64,000 nt of DNA from Phyllobates terribilis (taxonomy: Eukaryota): contig NW_027362762.1 of NCBI RefSeq assembly GCF_046119375.1, forward strand, positions 706,304,001-706,368,000, given 5' to 3'. How positions within the stretch are numbered: position 1 is the stretch's first letter; every line of letters starts with the position of its first letter. A model generated the notes under the pieces. The model had not been told where the DNA came from, did not search any database, and was given only the letters and a program-made list of their open reading frames with translations. A program made the translations under genes and the position numbers. Positions 37,249-51,240 of this stretch are shown in pieces.

Positions 37249-38933
37249 ATGTCTCACTCATACCAAACTCGCTATTCAGCGGAGGAGGCATACACTTTCC
37301 TTGCCTCCGACACTGACAGCGAGGGCGAGGATCCCACATTTCTTTACTTTTCTGATTCCTTGTCTTCCTCCTCTTCTTCCTCCTCCTCAGGTGCTGCTGG
37401 ACCGCCACAAAGACGCACCAGGTTAGAAGATGAACCAACGCCCCCCATTTCTGACCCCGTATGGACCTCATCCCCTGAAAATTATGAGCCACTGATTCCT
37501 GATTTCGTGGCGGAGTCAGGAATCAAGTTTGACACCACCGGCCTCACAGAAATAGATTTTTTCAAAGTCTTTTTCTCTGAGGATTTTGTAAACCTCATGG
37601 TGGGCCAAACTAATTTGTACGCTCATCAATTTTTGGAACAAAACCCCTCTTCACCATTTTCTAACTGATCTCCTGTAGACGCAGAAGAAATGATGAAGTT
37701 TTGAGGCCTGGTCCTTCATATGGGGATCCTGAAGAAGCCAGAACTTCGGCAATACTGGAGTGTTGACGTTTTGTATAACACTCCAGTGTTCCGAATGGTC
37801 ATCACCCGGGAATATTTTGAGGCCATCCACAAGTTCTTGCATTATAACGATAATGCAAGGTGTCCTGGACGCGATGACCGCTGATCGTCTTTTCAAAGTT
37901 CGGCCGGTCATCGAGCACTTCAACAATAACTTGGCTGACGTGTATGTGCCCCAAAGGGACATCTGCGTGGATGAGTCCTTAATCCATTTTAAGGGGCGGC
38001 TTAGATTCCGGCATTACCTGCCCAGTCCAGGTACGGAATCAAGCTTTATAAACTTTGTGAAAGAACCTCAGGGTACACTCACAAGTTTAGAGTTTACGAA
38101 GGGAAGGACTCCCGGATTGAACCCCCTGAATGCCCCCCTGTCCTGGGAGTGAGTGGGAAAATTGTGTGGAATTTGGCGCACCCACTGCTGGATAAAGGTT
38201 ATCACCTCTACGTGGATAACTTTTATACAAGTATCCCGCTCTTCAAGTCCCTCTCTGCACAAACTATCACAGACTGCGGTACTGTCCACAAAAATCAGAG
38301 AGGCCTCCCAAAGACGCTACTTGGGTAGCTGCTCAGAAGGGGTGAGAGCAGAGCCCAATGTAGTGACCACCTGCTGGTGGTCAAGTACAAGGACAAGAGG
38401 GATGTCCTTCTCTTGACCACCATACATGGTGATGACAGCACCCTTAGCACTGTATGAGGTTCCACTACACTGATCATCAAACCAGACTGTGTAGTGGGGT
38501 ACAACAAGTACATGGGGGGAGTTGATCTCTCTGATCAAGTCCTCCAGCCGTACAGTGCTTTGAGAAAGGCCAAGGTATGGTATAAGAAGCTGGCCGTGCA
38601 CATCGTATAGATGGCAATGCACAATGCTTTCCTTCTGTCACAATGTGCAGGCCAGACCTCTACGTCGTACTTTCATTTCCAGGAGACAGTTATCAAAGCC
38701 CTGATATTTGGCAGCGGTAACGGAACTGAAGGACCTCGAATTGTACCAGGCCAGCATTTCCCAGGAGAGGTCCCTCAAACAGGAAAAAAGGTAAGTCACA
38801 AAAGAGGTGCCGAGTGTGTTCCAAAAGGGGAATACGCAAGGACACCACTTACCAATGCGACATCTGTCCCGACAAACCTGGCCTGTGCATGAAGGAATGC
38901 TTCAAAATGTACCATACTTCCATGCTCTACTAA
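37249..38933 (+). pseudogene. piggyBac transposase (PGBD4-like), disrupted
   Basis: MSHSYQTRYSAEEAY N-terminus; ICVDESLIHFKGRL; YHLYVDNFYTS; YNKYMGGVDLSDQ; terminal Cys-rich domain ending at TAA 38931-38933; multiple stops and frameshifts. Confidence 0.92.
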
Positions 38934-40670
38934 ATTAACCTTTGACGTATGACAACCTGACGAACACTACACAACTGACGTAGTGTTCGTCAGGTTGTCA
39001 TACTTCAGTTGTGTAGTGTTCGTCAGGTTGTCCTACACAACTGACGTATAACACTACATTCTAAAATTCACAAATCGGGTATCAGTTTCAAAAAGGGGGC
39101 ACTTATTGTGTATTTCCACTGTTTAGGCACATCAGGGGCTCTGAGAACGTGACATGACGCCCGCAGACCATTTCATCAAAGTCTGCATTCCAAAGCGTCA
39201 CTCCTTCCCTTCCAAGCGCTGACGTGCACCCAAACAGTAGTTTTCTTCAACACATGGGGTATCAACGTACTCAGGAGGAATTGGACAACAGATTTTGAGG
39301 TCCACTTTCTCCTGTTACCCTTTTTTGCGGAAAAAAAGTTTTTTTATTTTCACAAGTCAACGTTATAATTTTCTGTGAAGCACCTGGGGGTTCAAAGTGC
39401 TCACAACACATCTAGATAAATTCAATGAGGGGTCTAGTTTCCAAAATGGGCTCAATTGTGAGGGGTTTCCACTGTTTAGACACATCAGGGGTTCTGAAAA
39501 CGTGACATGAAGCCCCCAGACCATTCCATCAAAGTCTGCATTCCAAAGCGTCACTCCTTCCCTTCCGAGTCCTGCTGTGCACCCAAACAATGGCTTTCCC
39601 CCACATATGGGGGTATCAGCATACTTAGGAGAAATTGAACAACAGCTTTTGGGGTCCAATTTCTCCTGTTACCCTCGTGTAATTAAAAAAATTGCGTCTA
39701 AAAAATCATTTTGTTGGAAAAAAAAATGTTTTTTTTTCACGGCTCAACGTCATAAACTTTTGCGAAACAGTTGGAGGTTAAAAGTGCTCACCACACATAT
39801 AAATAAGTTCCTTACGGGGTCTAGTTTCCAAAATGGGGTCACTTGTGGGGGGTTTCCACTGTTTAGGCACATCAGGGGCTCTCCAAACGTGACATGGGGT
39901 CAGCTGTCAACTCCAGCGAGTTTTGCATTGAAAAGGTCAAATGGTGCTCCTTCCCTTCCGAGCCCTGACGTGCCCCCAAACAATGGCTTTCCTCCACATA
40001 TGGGGTATCAGCGTACTCAGGAGAAATTGCACAATCACTTTTGGCTCCTAATTTCTCCTGGTACCCTTGTGAAAACAAAAAAATTGGGGTCTAAAGTAAA
40101 ATTTTAATGAAAAAAAGTTAAATGTTAATTTTTTCCTTTCACGTTCAATTAATTGCTGTGAAGCACGTAAGGGGTTAATAAACTTTTTGAATGTGGTTTT
40201 GAGCACCAGTTTTTTTTCACTTATTTAAGGGCATGAAAATTCAAAGTTTGAAAATTGTGAAATTTTCAAAATTTTCACCAAATTCCCATTTTTTTCGCAA
40301 ATAAACGCAAGTTATATTGAAAAAAAATTTACCACTATCATGAAATACAATATGTCACGAAAAACAATCTCAGAATCAGGGGGATCCGTTGAAGCGTTCC
40401 AGAGTAATTACCTCATAAAGTGACAGTCGTAAGAATTGTAAAAATTGGCCTGGTCATTAACGTGCAAACCACCTTGGGGGGTAAAGGGGTTAATAAATTT
40501 GCAAAAATTTCTACATTTCTGTTTTTTTCGGTCAAGATGGGGTGCAGAGTGTACTTTAATGAGAAAAAAAAATTTACTTTTTAGAATTTACCAAATGGCT
40601 GCAATGAAACAAAGAGTGAAAAATTTAAGGATTTTTCCAAACCCCTCATTCCCCCTCCTCTATACTATTT

Positions 40671-41804
40671 GTCAAAAGAGCTATAACCAGTTGCTTCCAT
40701 GCAAATACTAGTACAAAAGGAGTGATTAACCTAATTAACAGACCTGTGATAAATATATACCAGCCTGTAATAAATTTACACCTGGGTGAGGAGGATGCAG
40801 CTTGTTAATCTTCAAACACTACTCACAATAGCCATGACATTCCCAGCTGAAAACTCTAGGCTTTTTGGCACTGACATGAAATGTTATTCCGATAACAATG
40901 GGACATATATCTTTAGCGGCAGGGTCAGCTAAGGAACAATACGCATATTTTTCCGTAGCTGCATGCCCCTCCGGTGAGCTGTGGCGCAAAAGTACCAAAA
41001 GTACCAAAATAATGAACCTCAGCTATGCCATGTGTAGTCTCTAAGGAAAGGTAAATTCATAACAAAAAATATGACATCACTCGCAAGCTTCTGTGATCAA
41101 CCAGCGATAAGTTATTGAGGAAGTTAGATATTTTGATAAAAATATGAAGGCTGGAGCCCAGCCCACGTGATGTCATCACAGGGGGTGTGTGGGCAGCTTC
41201 CCTCCTTTGACATAAAAGACCCAGCCAAAGGTGGGTCAGTACTCATGTTGGAGGTACATATTTATGTGTAGCACGGGTCACATTCGCTGAACGGTCATAG
41301 GAGCATTTCCCTCCAGTTATACTGAGTTGCCTCTGCGATCTATATAGTAAGTTCTTCTTTAACTCCATTTATTTTGAGTAACTGTATATTTTGTACTGTA
41401 AATGTCTCCTTTTGTAAAACCTTTTGTATATTTTTCATAAACACTGCCTCCTTTTTGGATTAAATGTAAAATGTAATAGTCCTGTTTCTTCTGCTCTGTA
41501 ATCGTTCCTTCCCCGAAGCATTCCAGAAAGCAGGCATCCGATCAGTTCAAATTTGGTCAGTGGTGAATGATATTAAGTGGGCTATCGTAAAGATGGCAAT
41601 GACCGTACTGGGGCGTATACACATATTCCATGCGTTGGAATCTGGAGGTGTGTATGCCATACGCTCACTGAGCGCTTGATGATACCTACGTAGTGAGTAA
41701 TCAGGATTGTGTGCTTGCAAATCCCTGCACAATCCTGACAGAGTGACAGCAGGGGTGGGATATTGTGTGATCTCCCTGGTGTCGTCCCCTGTAAATCCCT
41801 GACA
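40671..41804 (+). mobile_element. Probable solo LTR, related to the LTR tip at 27396-27446
   Basis: Ends ...gtcgtcccctgtaaatccctgaca, the reverse complement of the LTR end beside the tRNA-Leu PBS. Left boundary is uncertain. Confidence 0.6.
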
Positions 41805-41954
41805 ATCCATATATTTATTATCTATCCATATATCTATGAATCTATTTATCTATCTATCCATATATCTATTATCTGTCAATATATCTATATATCCATATAT
41901 CTAACTAATATCTATCTATATATAAATCTATCATCTATCCATATATCTATCTAT

Positions 41955-42009
<55 letters not shown>

Positions 42010-42480
42010 ACAGTATATCCATATATTTATTATCCATCTATCTATCCATATATCTATTAATCTATTTATGTATCTATCCATATATCTATTATCTATCTAT
42101 ATATCTATATATCCATATATCTATTATCTATCTATCTATTTATAAATCTATGTATCCATATATCTATCCATATATCTATTGATCTATTATCTATCAATAT
42201 ATCTATTTATCTATATACCTATCCATTTATCTGTCTATCCATATATCCATCTATTGATCTATTATCTATTTATGTATCTATCAATCTAAGAATGTATCTA
42301 TATATTCATATCTCTATTTATTATCTATCTTAAATAGATAATTAGATAGGTCAACAGATAATAAATAGAGATATGGATAGATAGATAGATAGATAATAGA
42401 TACATAGATAAATATATGGATAGCTAGATATATAGATTAATAGATAGATAATAGATAGATATACAGATAGATATAAATAC
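41805..42480. repeat. (TATC)n/(TA)n array followed by a (GATA)n array
   Basis: Directly visible; orientation switches near 42330. Confidence 0.92.
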
Positions 42481-42484
42481 GTCA

Positions 42485-44266
42485 TACATATAATCAGTGC
42501 TTTGCATTTGTACCTTACTGTTCATGTACTTTATTAATTAATGAATACATTTCTGGAAGAAAAATGGCATGGGGTCCCCAGTAACTTTATTAACCAGCAG
42601 AGGGAAAGCGGACAGCTGGGGTGGATATTTTTAGCCTAGGAAAGGGGTAATACCCATGGAGCTTCTCAGGCTACTAATATCAACCCCCAGCTGTATACAT
42701 AGCTTTTACTGGCTATTAAAATGGGGGACCCCCCCAAAAAATGACGTGGGGTTCCCCTATTTTAACAGCTAGCAAAGGCTATGCAGACAGCTGGGGGCTG
42801 ATATTAATAGCCTAGGAAGGGGCCATGAATATTGGCCCCCTCCGAGGCTAGAAACAGAAGCCCTCAGCCTCCCCAGAAATGGCGCATCCAAAGGTTGTGC
42901 CAATTCTGGCACTTAGCTTCGCTCAATCCACTGCCCTGTAGCGGTGGCAATGGGGTTATAGGGTTGGGGTTGATGTCAGCTTATAATGCCAGCTGACACC
43001 AAGCCCAGGTTAGTAATGGAGAAGTGTCTATAAGATGCCCCCATTACTAACCCCATAGTGATGGTGAAATGTAAAATAAAAACACCCACACCCAGAAAAA
43101 AATATTTTATTTGAAATAAAAGAGACACCCTTTATTGTTCTAAATTAAACCATACTTACCGTCGCGCCCATTCCAGCTGAAACTATTCTCCTGTAATAAA
43201 AATAAATAATAAACGAACCTCATCCTTACCTTTCCAACACAGTCCAAATAACGAGAGTCCCATGAAGATCCCATGAACAGAACAGCCACATTGTATGTGA
43301 CTGCTCTGTTCATTTGCGGGCAATACACTGACTCAGTGTATTGCCGACAAAGGAGGTCAGCGCATGCGCAGTGAGTATTTTCCCACGCATGCAATGAGTT
43401 GAACCGAGTTCAACTCATTGGCAAGCGTAGGAAAATACTCACTGTGCATACGCACACCTCCTTTGCTGATTTGGTTTTACAATGTGGCCGCTCTGTTAAG
43501 GGGATCTTCGTGGGACCCTCGTTATTTGGACTGCGTCAAAAAGGTAAGGATGAGGTTGATTTATTATTTTATTTTTATTATAGGTGATCGTGGGCTTCGG
43601 GAATTAGGTGTAAGGTGAGTATATGTTTTTGTTTTTTTTTATGTTTTTCAGGGGCTGCAAACATCATGGACAATGTGTAGGTGAGTATAATGTGTTTTAT
43701 TTTTATTTTACATTTTTTTAATTAATTTTAACATTTTCTTTTTACATTCAGCACGGCACAGGTGCCTGCAGATGGGAGACTACTTCTCCCATCCAGCGGC
43801 GCCTGTGCCCTCTGTTTGCTATGGCAGGAGGCGCCGGCTGATGGAGGTAGTACCATTAGCCAGCGCCTATGAAGGTAAGCTTTTTACTGCCGGGTCACTG
43901 TCACAGCTGTGGCATCATGCTGGCACCTGTCAGCATGATGTCACAGCGCATTGACCACGGTAATGCAATTACCGCCGATCAGAGTATGTGTCTCCCGCGC
44001 TGTCACGCAAGTGACAGCATGGTAAACCAGGTCACTGTTACAGCTGTGGCATCATGCCATCACCTGTCAGCATGATGTCACAGTGCTCTGACCGCAGTAA
44101 TGCAATTAGTACCGATCAGAACCTCTGTTTCCTGCGGGAAATACCCGAACCCAATCCCGAACAGTAACATGGACTTCCAGAGGAAGTCCTTGTTCAGGGT
44201 CCGTGACCGAATTGTAAGTGTTTCGGTACGGACGTCGAACTTTAGTCTTTAGGTTGACTAACACTA
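42485..44266. mobile_element. Non-autonomous hAT-like element right arm with internal palindrome
   Basis: Ends ...gactaacacta (TAGTGTT-type terminus) at 44266; imperfect palindrome ~43190-43575; shares its fold-back core with 29420-29560. Confidence 0.5.
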
Positions 44267-44399
44267 GTCATGGACAGATTCAGTAAGATGTTACATTTCA
44301 TTGCGCTACCTGCATTGCCTAACACCAAGACTTTGGCGCATATTTTCACCAGAGAAAAAGTAAAATTACATGGGATCCCAACTGATATTGTGCAATTTA

Positions 44400-46014
44400 C
44401 AGTTAGGTCCATATATATTTGGACAGAGACAACATTTTTCTAATTTTGGTTCTAGACATTACCACAATGAATTTTAAACAAAGAAATTCAAATGCAGTTG
44501 AAGTTCAGACTTTCAGCTTTCATTTGAGGGTATCCACATTAAAATTGGATGAATAGTTTAGGAGTTTCAGCTCCTTAACATGTGCCACCCTGTTTTTAAA
44601 GGGACTAAAAGTAATTGGACAATTGACTCCAAGGCTATTTCATGGACAGGTGTGGGCAATCCCATTGTTATGTCATTCTCAATTAAGCAGATAAAAGGCC
44701 TGGAGTTGATTTGAGGTGTGGTGCTTGCATTTGGAAGGTTTTGGTATGAAGTAAACATGTGGTCAAAGGAGCTGCAAAAACAGAAAAAACCCATCCGAGA
44801 AATTGCTACAATATTAGGAGTGGCAAAATCTACAGTTTGGTACATCCTGAGAAAGAAAGAAAGCACTGGTGAACTCATCAATGCAAAAAGACCTGGGCGC
44901 CCACGCAAGACAACAGTGGTGGATGATCGCAGAGTAATCTCCATGGTGAAGAGAAACCCTTTCACAACAGCCAACCAAGTGAACAACACTCTCCAGGAGG
45001 TATTCGTATCAATATCCAAATCTACCATAAAGAGAAGACTGCATGAAAGTAAATACAGAGGGTTCACTGCACGGTGCAAGCCACTCATAAGCATCAAGAA
45101 TAAAAAGGCTAGACTGGACTTTGCTTAAAAACATATAAAAAAGCCAGCACAGTTCTGGAAGAACATTCTTTGGACAGATGAAACCAAGATCAACCTCTAC
45201 CAGAATGATGGAAAGAGAAAAGTGTGGTTAAGGCGTGGTACAGCTCATGATCCAAAGCATACCACATCATCTGTAAAACACGGCGGAGGCAGTGTGATGG
45301 CTTGGGCATGCATGGCTGCCAGTGGCACTGGGTCACTAGTGTTTATTGATGATGTGACACAGGACAGAAGCAGCCGAATGAATTCTGATGTATTCAGAGC
45401 CATACTGTGTGCTCAGATCCAGCCAAATGCAGCCAAACTGATTGGTCGTCGTTTCATACTACAGATGGACAATGACCGAAATCATAAAGCCAAAGCAACC
45501 CAGGAGTTTATTAAAGCAAAGAAGTGGAATATTCTTGAATAGCCAAGTCAGTCACCTGATCTCAACCCAATTGAGCATGCATTTCACTTGTTAAAGACTA
45601 AACTTCAGACCGAAAGGTCCACAAACAAACAGCAACGGAAAACCACCGCAGTGAAGGCCTGGCAGAGCATCAAAAAGGAGGAAACACAGCGTCTCGTGAT
45701 GTCCATGAGTTCAAGACTTCAGGCAGTCATTGCCAACAAAGGGTTTTCAACCAAGTACTTGAAATGAATATTTTATTTACAATTATTTAATCTGTCCAAT
45801 TACTTTTGGTCCCTTTAAAAACAGGGTGGCACTTGTTAAGGAGCTGAAACTCCTAAACCCTTCATCCAATTTTAATGTGAATACCCTCAAATGAAAGCTG
45901 AAAGTCTGAACTTCAACTGCATCTGAATTGTTTTGTTTAAAATTCATTGTGGTAATGTCTAGAACCAAAATTAGAAAAATGTTGTCTCTGTCCAAATATA
46001 TATGGACCTAACTG
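44400..46014 (+). mobile_element. Full-length Tc1 element, transposase disrupted
   Basis: Long TIRs cagttaggtccatatatatttggacagagac; TA TSD; WTDETK, MDNDRNH and PDLNPIE motifs; stops at ~45126 and ~45540. Confidence 0.95.
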
Positions 46015-47404
46015 TATTTCCAAATTTTGGAGGAAGTTTTGCACTTGATTGGGAATACATCTGTAGTTCTCTTCAGCATTTCACCCACAGTCTAATTGGC
46101 AAACTGAATGTGTTAATCACAATCTTGAAATTTATCTTAGGTGCTTTGTGTCTGAGAATCAGGAGGATTGGATTACTTACTTACTTCTAGCTGAATTTGC
46201 GGTGAATAATCAGTGTCATGAATCTACTGGTAAGTTCCTGTTCTTCAGCCCATACGGATTTCTTCCTCAATTTAGCTCATTTAACAGAAATCTTTCTTCA
46301 GGAATACCTGAAGAAAAACAGTTTTCATCTTCTATTGCGTCTGTGTGGTAAGAGGTTCTTAACAGCTTGAGGAAGATGGGGTCCAAATGCAAGAGTGTGG
46401 TTGATCGGAGACGTGTGGTGAGTCTAGACCTGCGTATTGGTGACTTGATGTGGTTGTCCTCAAGGAACATTAAGTTGAAGGTTCCCTCTTGGAAACTGGG
46501 TCCCAGGTTCATAGGTCCTTATAAGATTGTGGCAGTCTTCAATACCATAGCATTCCGCGTTGCTTTGCTGCCCACCTTTAGTATCCATAATGTGTGTCAT
46601 CGGTCGCTACTCAAAAAATACGTTGAGTATTATACCATCACCGCTACCACCATCTCTGGTCATTGTGGATGGAAATTTGGAATTTCAAATAGCCAATATC
46701 ATTGATTCTCGCTTAGTTCGTCGGTCGCTTCAGTATCTGGTACACTGAAAGGGTTACGGTCCTGTGGAGAGGATGTGGATACCAGCATCTGACATCAATG
46801 CTGCCCGGTTGATCCAGTCTTTTTACGCAGCACACCCTGATAAACCCGGTTCTAAGTTTCCGGAGGTCCCTTGTAGAAGGGGGGTACCGTCACGGGTTTA
46901 CCGTGACAGAGAGGAGCCAGAAGACCGCAGCATCTAATTCCTCTCACTCCTGTACTCACTGGAAGCTTACCACCTTCATATTATATTGTGCAGGTTTATT
47001 TCAGCAGTGCAGGGGTTAATCTGCTCAGTTGTAAGCTCCTGGAAGCTTACCTGCTTTAAAGCACACCAGTCATAAGATCACCTAGTAGTGTGGGGTTATG
47101 TAAAATAGGAGGCAGGTCAGTGAAGGCAAAGTGAGCAGTCATAAGAGCATACAGATGAATATGTAAGCAGAGCACCAGATAGAGCCCACCCCACAGGTCG
47201 CCCCGGAGCACGAGCATATCATTATCTCCAAACTGAAAGTAAAGATTACAAAAGAACCACAGATGGATTCCATTAACCAAGGTATCATTTTAATCAATGT
47301 AATGGTGCCCACCTGACAGTGTATATAGTTTACTAAGCACAATCCTGCTGATAGGAGCTCTTTAAGGCTTAGAGATGTCCAGGGTTAGCCACTCCCTGCT
47401 CATA

Positions 47405-48998
47405 CAGTGCCTACAAGTAGTATTCAACCCCCTGCAGATTTAGCTGGTTTGATAAGATGCAAATAAGTTAGAGCCTTCAAACTGCAAACGAGAGTAGGTT
47501 TTATGAACAGAAGCATAAATCTTACAAACCAAAAAGTTATGTTGCTCAGTTGAATTTTATTAAATTTTAAACATAAAAGTGTGGGTCAATTATTATTCAA
47601 CCCCTATGTTTAATATTTTGTGGAATAACCCTTGTTTGCAATTACAGCTAATAATCGTCTTTTATAAGACCTGATCAGGCCGGCACAGGTCTGTGGAGTT
47701 ATCTTGGCCCACTCCTCCATGCAGATCTTCTCCAAGTTATCTAGGTTCTTTGGGTGTCTCATGTGGACTTTATTCTTGAGCTCCTTCCACAAGTTTTCAA
47801 TTGGGTTAAGGTCAGGAGACTGACTAGGCCACTCCAACACCTTGACTTTTTCCCTCTTGAACCAGGCCTTGGTTTTCTTGGCTGTGTGCTTTGGGTCGTT
47901 GTCTTGTTGGAAGATGAAATTACGACCCATCTTAAGATCCTTGATGGAGGAGCGGAGGTTCTTGCCCAAAATCTCCAGGTAGGCCGTGCTATCCATCATT
48001 CCATGGATGCGGACCAGATGGCCAGGCCCCTTGGCTGAGAAACAGCCCCACAGCATGATGCTGCCACCACCATGCTTGACTGTAGGGATGGTATTCTTGG
48101 GGTCGTATGCAGTGCCATCCAGTCTCCAAACGTCACGTGTGTGGTTGGCACCAAAGATCTCGATCTTGGTCTCATCAGACCATAGAACCTTGAACCAGTC
48201 TGTCTCAGAGTCCTCCAAGTGATCATGAGCAAACTGTAGACGAGCCTTGACATGACGCTTTGAAAGTAAAGGTACCTTACGGGCTCGTCTGGAACGGAGA
48301 CCATTGCGGTGGAGTACGTTACTTATGGTATTGACTGAAACCAATGTCCCCACTGCCATGAGATCTTCCCGGAGCTCCTTCCTTGTTGTTCTTGGGTTAG
48401 CCTTGACTCTTCGGACAAGCCTGGCCTAAGCACGGGAGGACACTTTCAAAGGCTGTCCAGGCCGTGGAAGGCTAACAGTAGTTCCATAAGCCTTCCACTT
48501 ATGGATGATGCTCCCAACAGTGGAGACAGGTAGGCCCAACTCCTTGGAAAGAGTTTTGTACGCCTTGCCAGCCTTGTGACCCTCCACGATCTTGTCTCTG
48601 ATGGCCTTGGAATGCTCCTTTGTCTTTCCCATGTTGACCATGTCTGAGTGCTGTTCACAAGTTTGGGGAGGGTCTTAAATAGTCAGAAAAGGCTGGCAAA
48701 AGAGATCTTTAATCCACACATGTGAAGCTCATTATTCTTGGTGCCTGAACTACTTCTTAATACTTTAGGGGGACCAAACAGAATTCTTGTGGTTTGAGGG
48801 GTTGAATAATAAATGACACTCTGAATTAACTTTTAACGTTTTAAGAAAAAAACAAAACAAAAAACAAAAACAATATTTGCTGCAGTGCATTTCCCACTTC
48901 CAGGCTGATCTACAGTACAAATGTCACAATGCCAAGTTAATTCCGCATGTGTCAACCAGCTAAATCTGCAGGGGGTTGAATACTACTTGTAGGCACTG
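47405..48998 (-). mobile_element. Full-length Tc1 element; transposase has a single premature stop
   Basis: TIR cagtgcctacaagtagtattcaacccc; TA TSD; ORFs 48426-48641 and 47610-48359 are in the same frame, separated only by TAG at 48426-48428. Confidence 0.95.
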
Positions 48999-50049
48999 TA
49001 TATATTCTGGGCTTTGGCTTGGAGTCACTGCCAGAGCTAGATTATGCTGTATGGTTCTAGGAGTGTGGTGGAGTGTTGTTGTTTGAGAAGGCGTTTGAAG
49101 GACTTAAGCTAAGACTATTGCGTGGTTTAGTTTGTGTGTAATCCTCTTCTTCTCTTGTTTTGCTTTTTTTCACCATCCTCCATTCCCCTGTATTTACCTC
49201 TGTTTGTGTGCATTTATTTGTATGATTGGTATTTTCCTTATAACAAAGGCAGTTGATCCAGCACTTCCAATAAAACGTATATTTTTATTTAGAAAAATTC
49301 ATACCTAAAAGGTATGTAGTTCCATAAAAAATCCACATAAATTAATGGAAAAGTATATCATCTGAGAAAATAGTCCCAAGGGATATGCATTCAAGATGTT
49401 AGTTGGCACGTTTCGAAGTGATACTTCTTATTCATAAGATTATTTGTATCACAGAAAATTTAGCACACCTCAGAAGGACTCTTTTCACTCTATGCACTAT
49501 ATAGTGATGTTATTGCAACCAAACAAGTCTGCCTGTTTGCTTTTAACGCACAAATGGAGCAGTATTTTTGGAGTGGAAGATTTTGAGGCTGAGAATATTT
49601 TTCAGTATTTGTATCACACAAAATTTAGCACATCTCAGATGGAGTCTTTTCACTGATTGCACTATATAGTGATGCTATTCCTATCAACCAAGTCTGGCTA
49701 TACTCTTTTAACTCACAACTTGAGCAGTGTAAATGGAGTATAATATGTATTTTCACAACAATTTGCAGGATTAAGAGCAAAAAGATTATTAGTAGCCCTC
49801 AGAAAAGCTATTAAATATGAGTTCCAGCAGCAAAAAGCATGTGTAATGAACCCTATCCTGTCCTACACTATCTCTCCACAATCTCTCCCTAACTACTTCT
49901 AACAGTAGTATTAATATTCAATAGAATGATCACATTTATTTGTTTTATCTGCAATAACAGTTCTTCTAAGAGGTATGGAATCTCTGTCTATAAGCTGGTA
50001 AAAATCTCTCCCTCGCTATGCAGCAGCAGCTCTCCCAATTATGTCTGTT

Positions 50050-50332
50050 TCCGGGGTAGACTGTGACGAGCATACGGTCCCGAGTCTTATATCCGATGAC
50101 GCTATGCAGCCAGCAAATCATTACCACTACCAACATGGCTACAGCATTACAGTGACTGTCAAGCAATCCCCGCATGTTTATTGGCTGTCTAAAAAGCGCC
50201 AAATATGCGGGGCGGGGACTCGAGCTCCCGCCCAAGCTGTAAAAAAAAAATACTCGCCGAATAATGAGCATCCCGAGCACAGTGATGCTCGGTCGAGTAA
50301 CGAGTAGTGACAAGCACACTCGCTCATCACCA
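50050..50332. mobile_element. hAT-type MITE right end
   Basis: Ends ...cactcgctcatcacca (TAGTGATGAGCG-like terminus); left end not resolved. Confidence 0.4.
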
Positions 50333-51240
50333 ATAGCTATGTAACATCTCATGACTATATATCCAATATAAATACCTTGTAGTAAATCACAACCTTTGTG
50401 TTTGCCTTAATGGAAGTTCATGTAACTCCTACAAACTGTATGTTATGCCCAGAGGCAAAGCTACAGGCTCCCCCCAAGCTGTCACCTATACATGTGTCTT
50501 GTACAAGATTGCTTGTTACATGTGAGAAATTATATCATATAGGAGCACACTATATTATTTTCATAGATTGGAATACAATGTTGAAATAAGATCTTATTTT
50601 TTGTGGTTTTGGAATATTACAAACAATATTCTTTGATTATTTCACCAGCAACCAGCCGGGGCTCGCATATTTCTGTACACCCAGTGGCGGACATATCATG
50701 AGTGCAACCTGTGCAGTCACATAGGGGCCAAGGAATTGAGGGGCCCCACTTCCACCTCCAAAGCAGCAACTAACTTCTGTCTTAGACAGAATTAATTGAC
50801 TACAAAAGGCCCATATACTGTTCTTGCGCAGGGGCCCTTTTTTGTCTGTGTCTGTCACTATGTACCAGACAAACTAGCAATCCTCACTAGGACACTAAAG
50901 GAGCGGTGAGTTGATAAAATAGCTTTCTTTTTTTATTATTGCTCACAATATGTCAGTCTGGAGAGCTAACACAGCATGACAGTATGAGGATGCTGTTATC
51001 AGCCGTGCACTTTGCTGTGCTCTCATCCTCAACATGATATTTGCAGCTGCTTATCAGTTTCATGTCTCGCTACACGCTGTCCTAGGACAGAAGTAATGAA
51101 GAAATTAAGCAAAATGGGAAAACTGCTCGCCTAAGGCTGGGCTCAGACGGATCTATGCAAAATTGTCAGTTTTTCCTCCTAGATATTTTTGTACACCCAT
51201 GTACCATCAGCATGTCTGTTTTTATCATACTTAATGTATA

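Larger units (their letters stand above)
35354..40489 (+). mobile_element. piggyBac element (PGBD4-like), left end deleted
   Basis: Right end AAGGGG|TTAA at 40489; direct subterminal repeats at 39050-40100; internal transposase; abrupt junction with Tc1 at 35353. Confidence 0.85.
29627..40647 (-). mobile_element. Tc1 element split by two piggyBac insertions, one in each TIR (segments 29627-29726, 34188-35353, 40490-40647)
   Basis: TIR cagtgggtacggaaagtattcagacc; transposase on - strand (ORFs 34930-35385 and 34511-34981: [14 protein letters not shown]); the right TIR resumes after TTAA at 40490. Confidence 0.85.
44267..49245 (+). mobile_element. Decayed Gypsy chromovirus 3' part (integrase, chromodomain, PPT, 3' LTR ~46888-49245), interrupted by two Tc1 elements
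   Basis: DRFSKMLHFIALP (44270) continues after 46014 as SSAFHPQSN...LLLAEFAVNN...LGPRFIGPY...QYLVH; PPT gaaggggggtac; LTR ends ...ataaca at 49245. Confidence 0.82.

Noticed and set aside
41763-42182. Ile/Tyr-rich ORF (also 29213-29428)
   Set aside because: Translation of TATC microsatellite.
49246-51240. Possible host exon in the least repetitive interval
   Set aside because: No convincing ORF or splice pattern; contains MITE-like ends and short degenerate repeats only.
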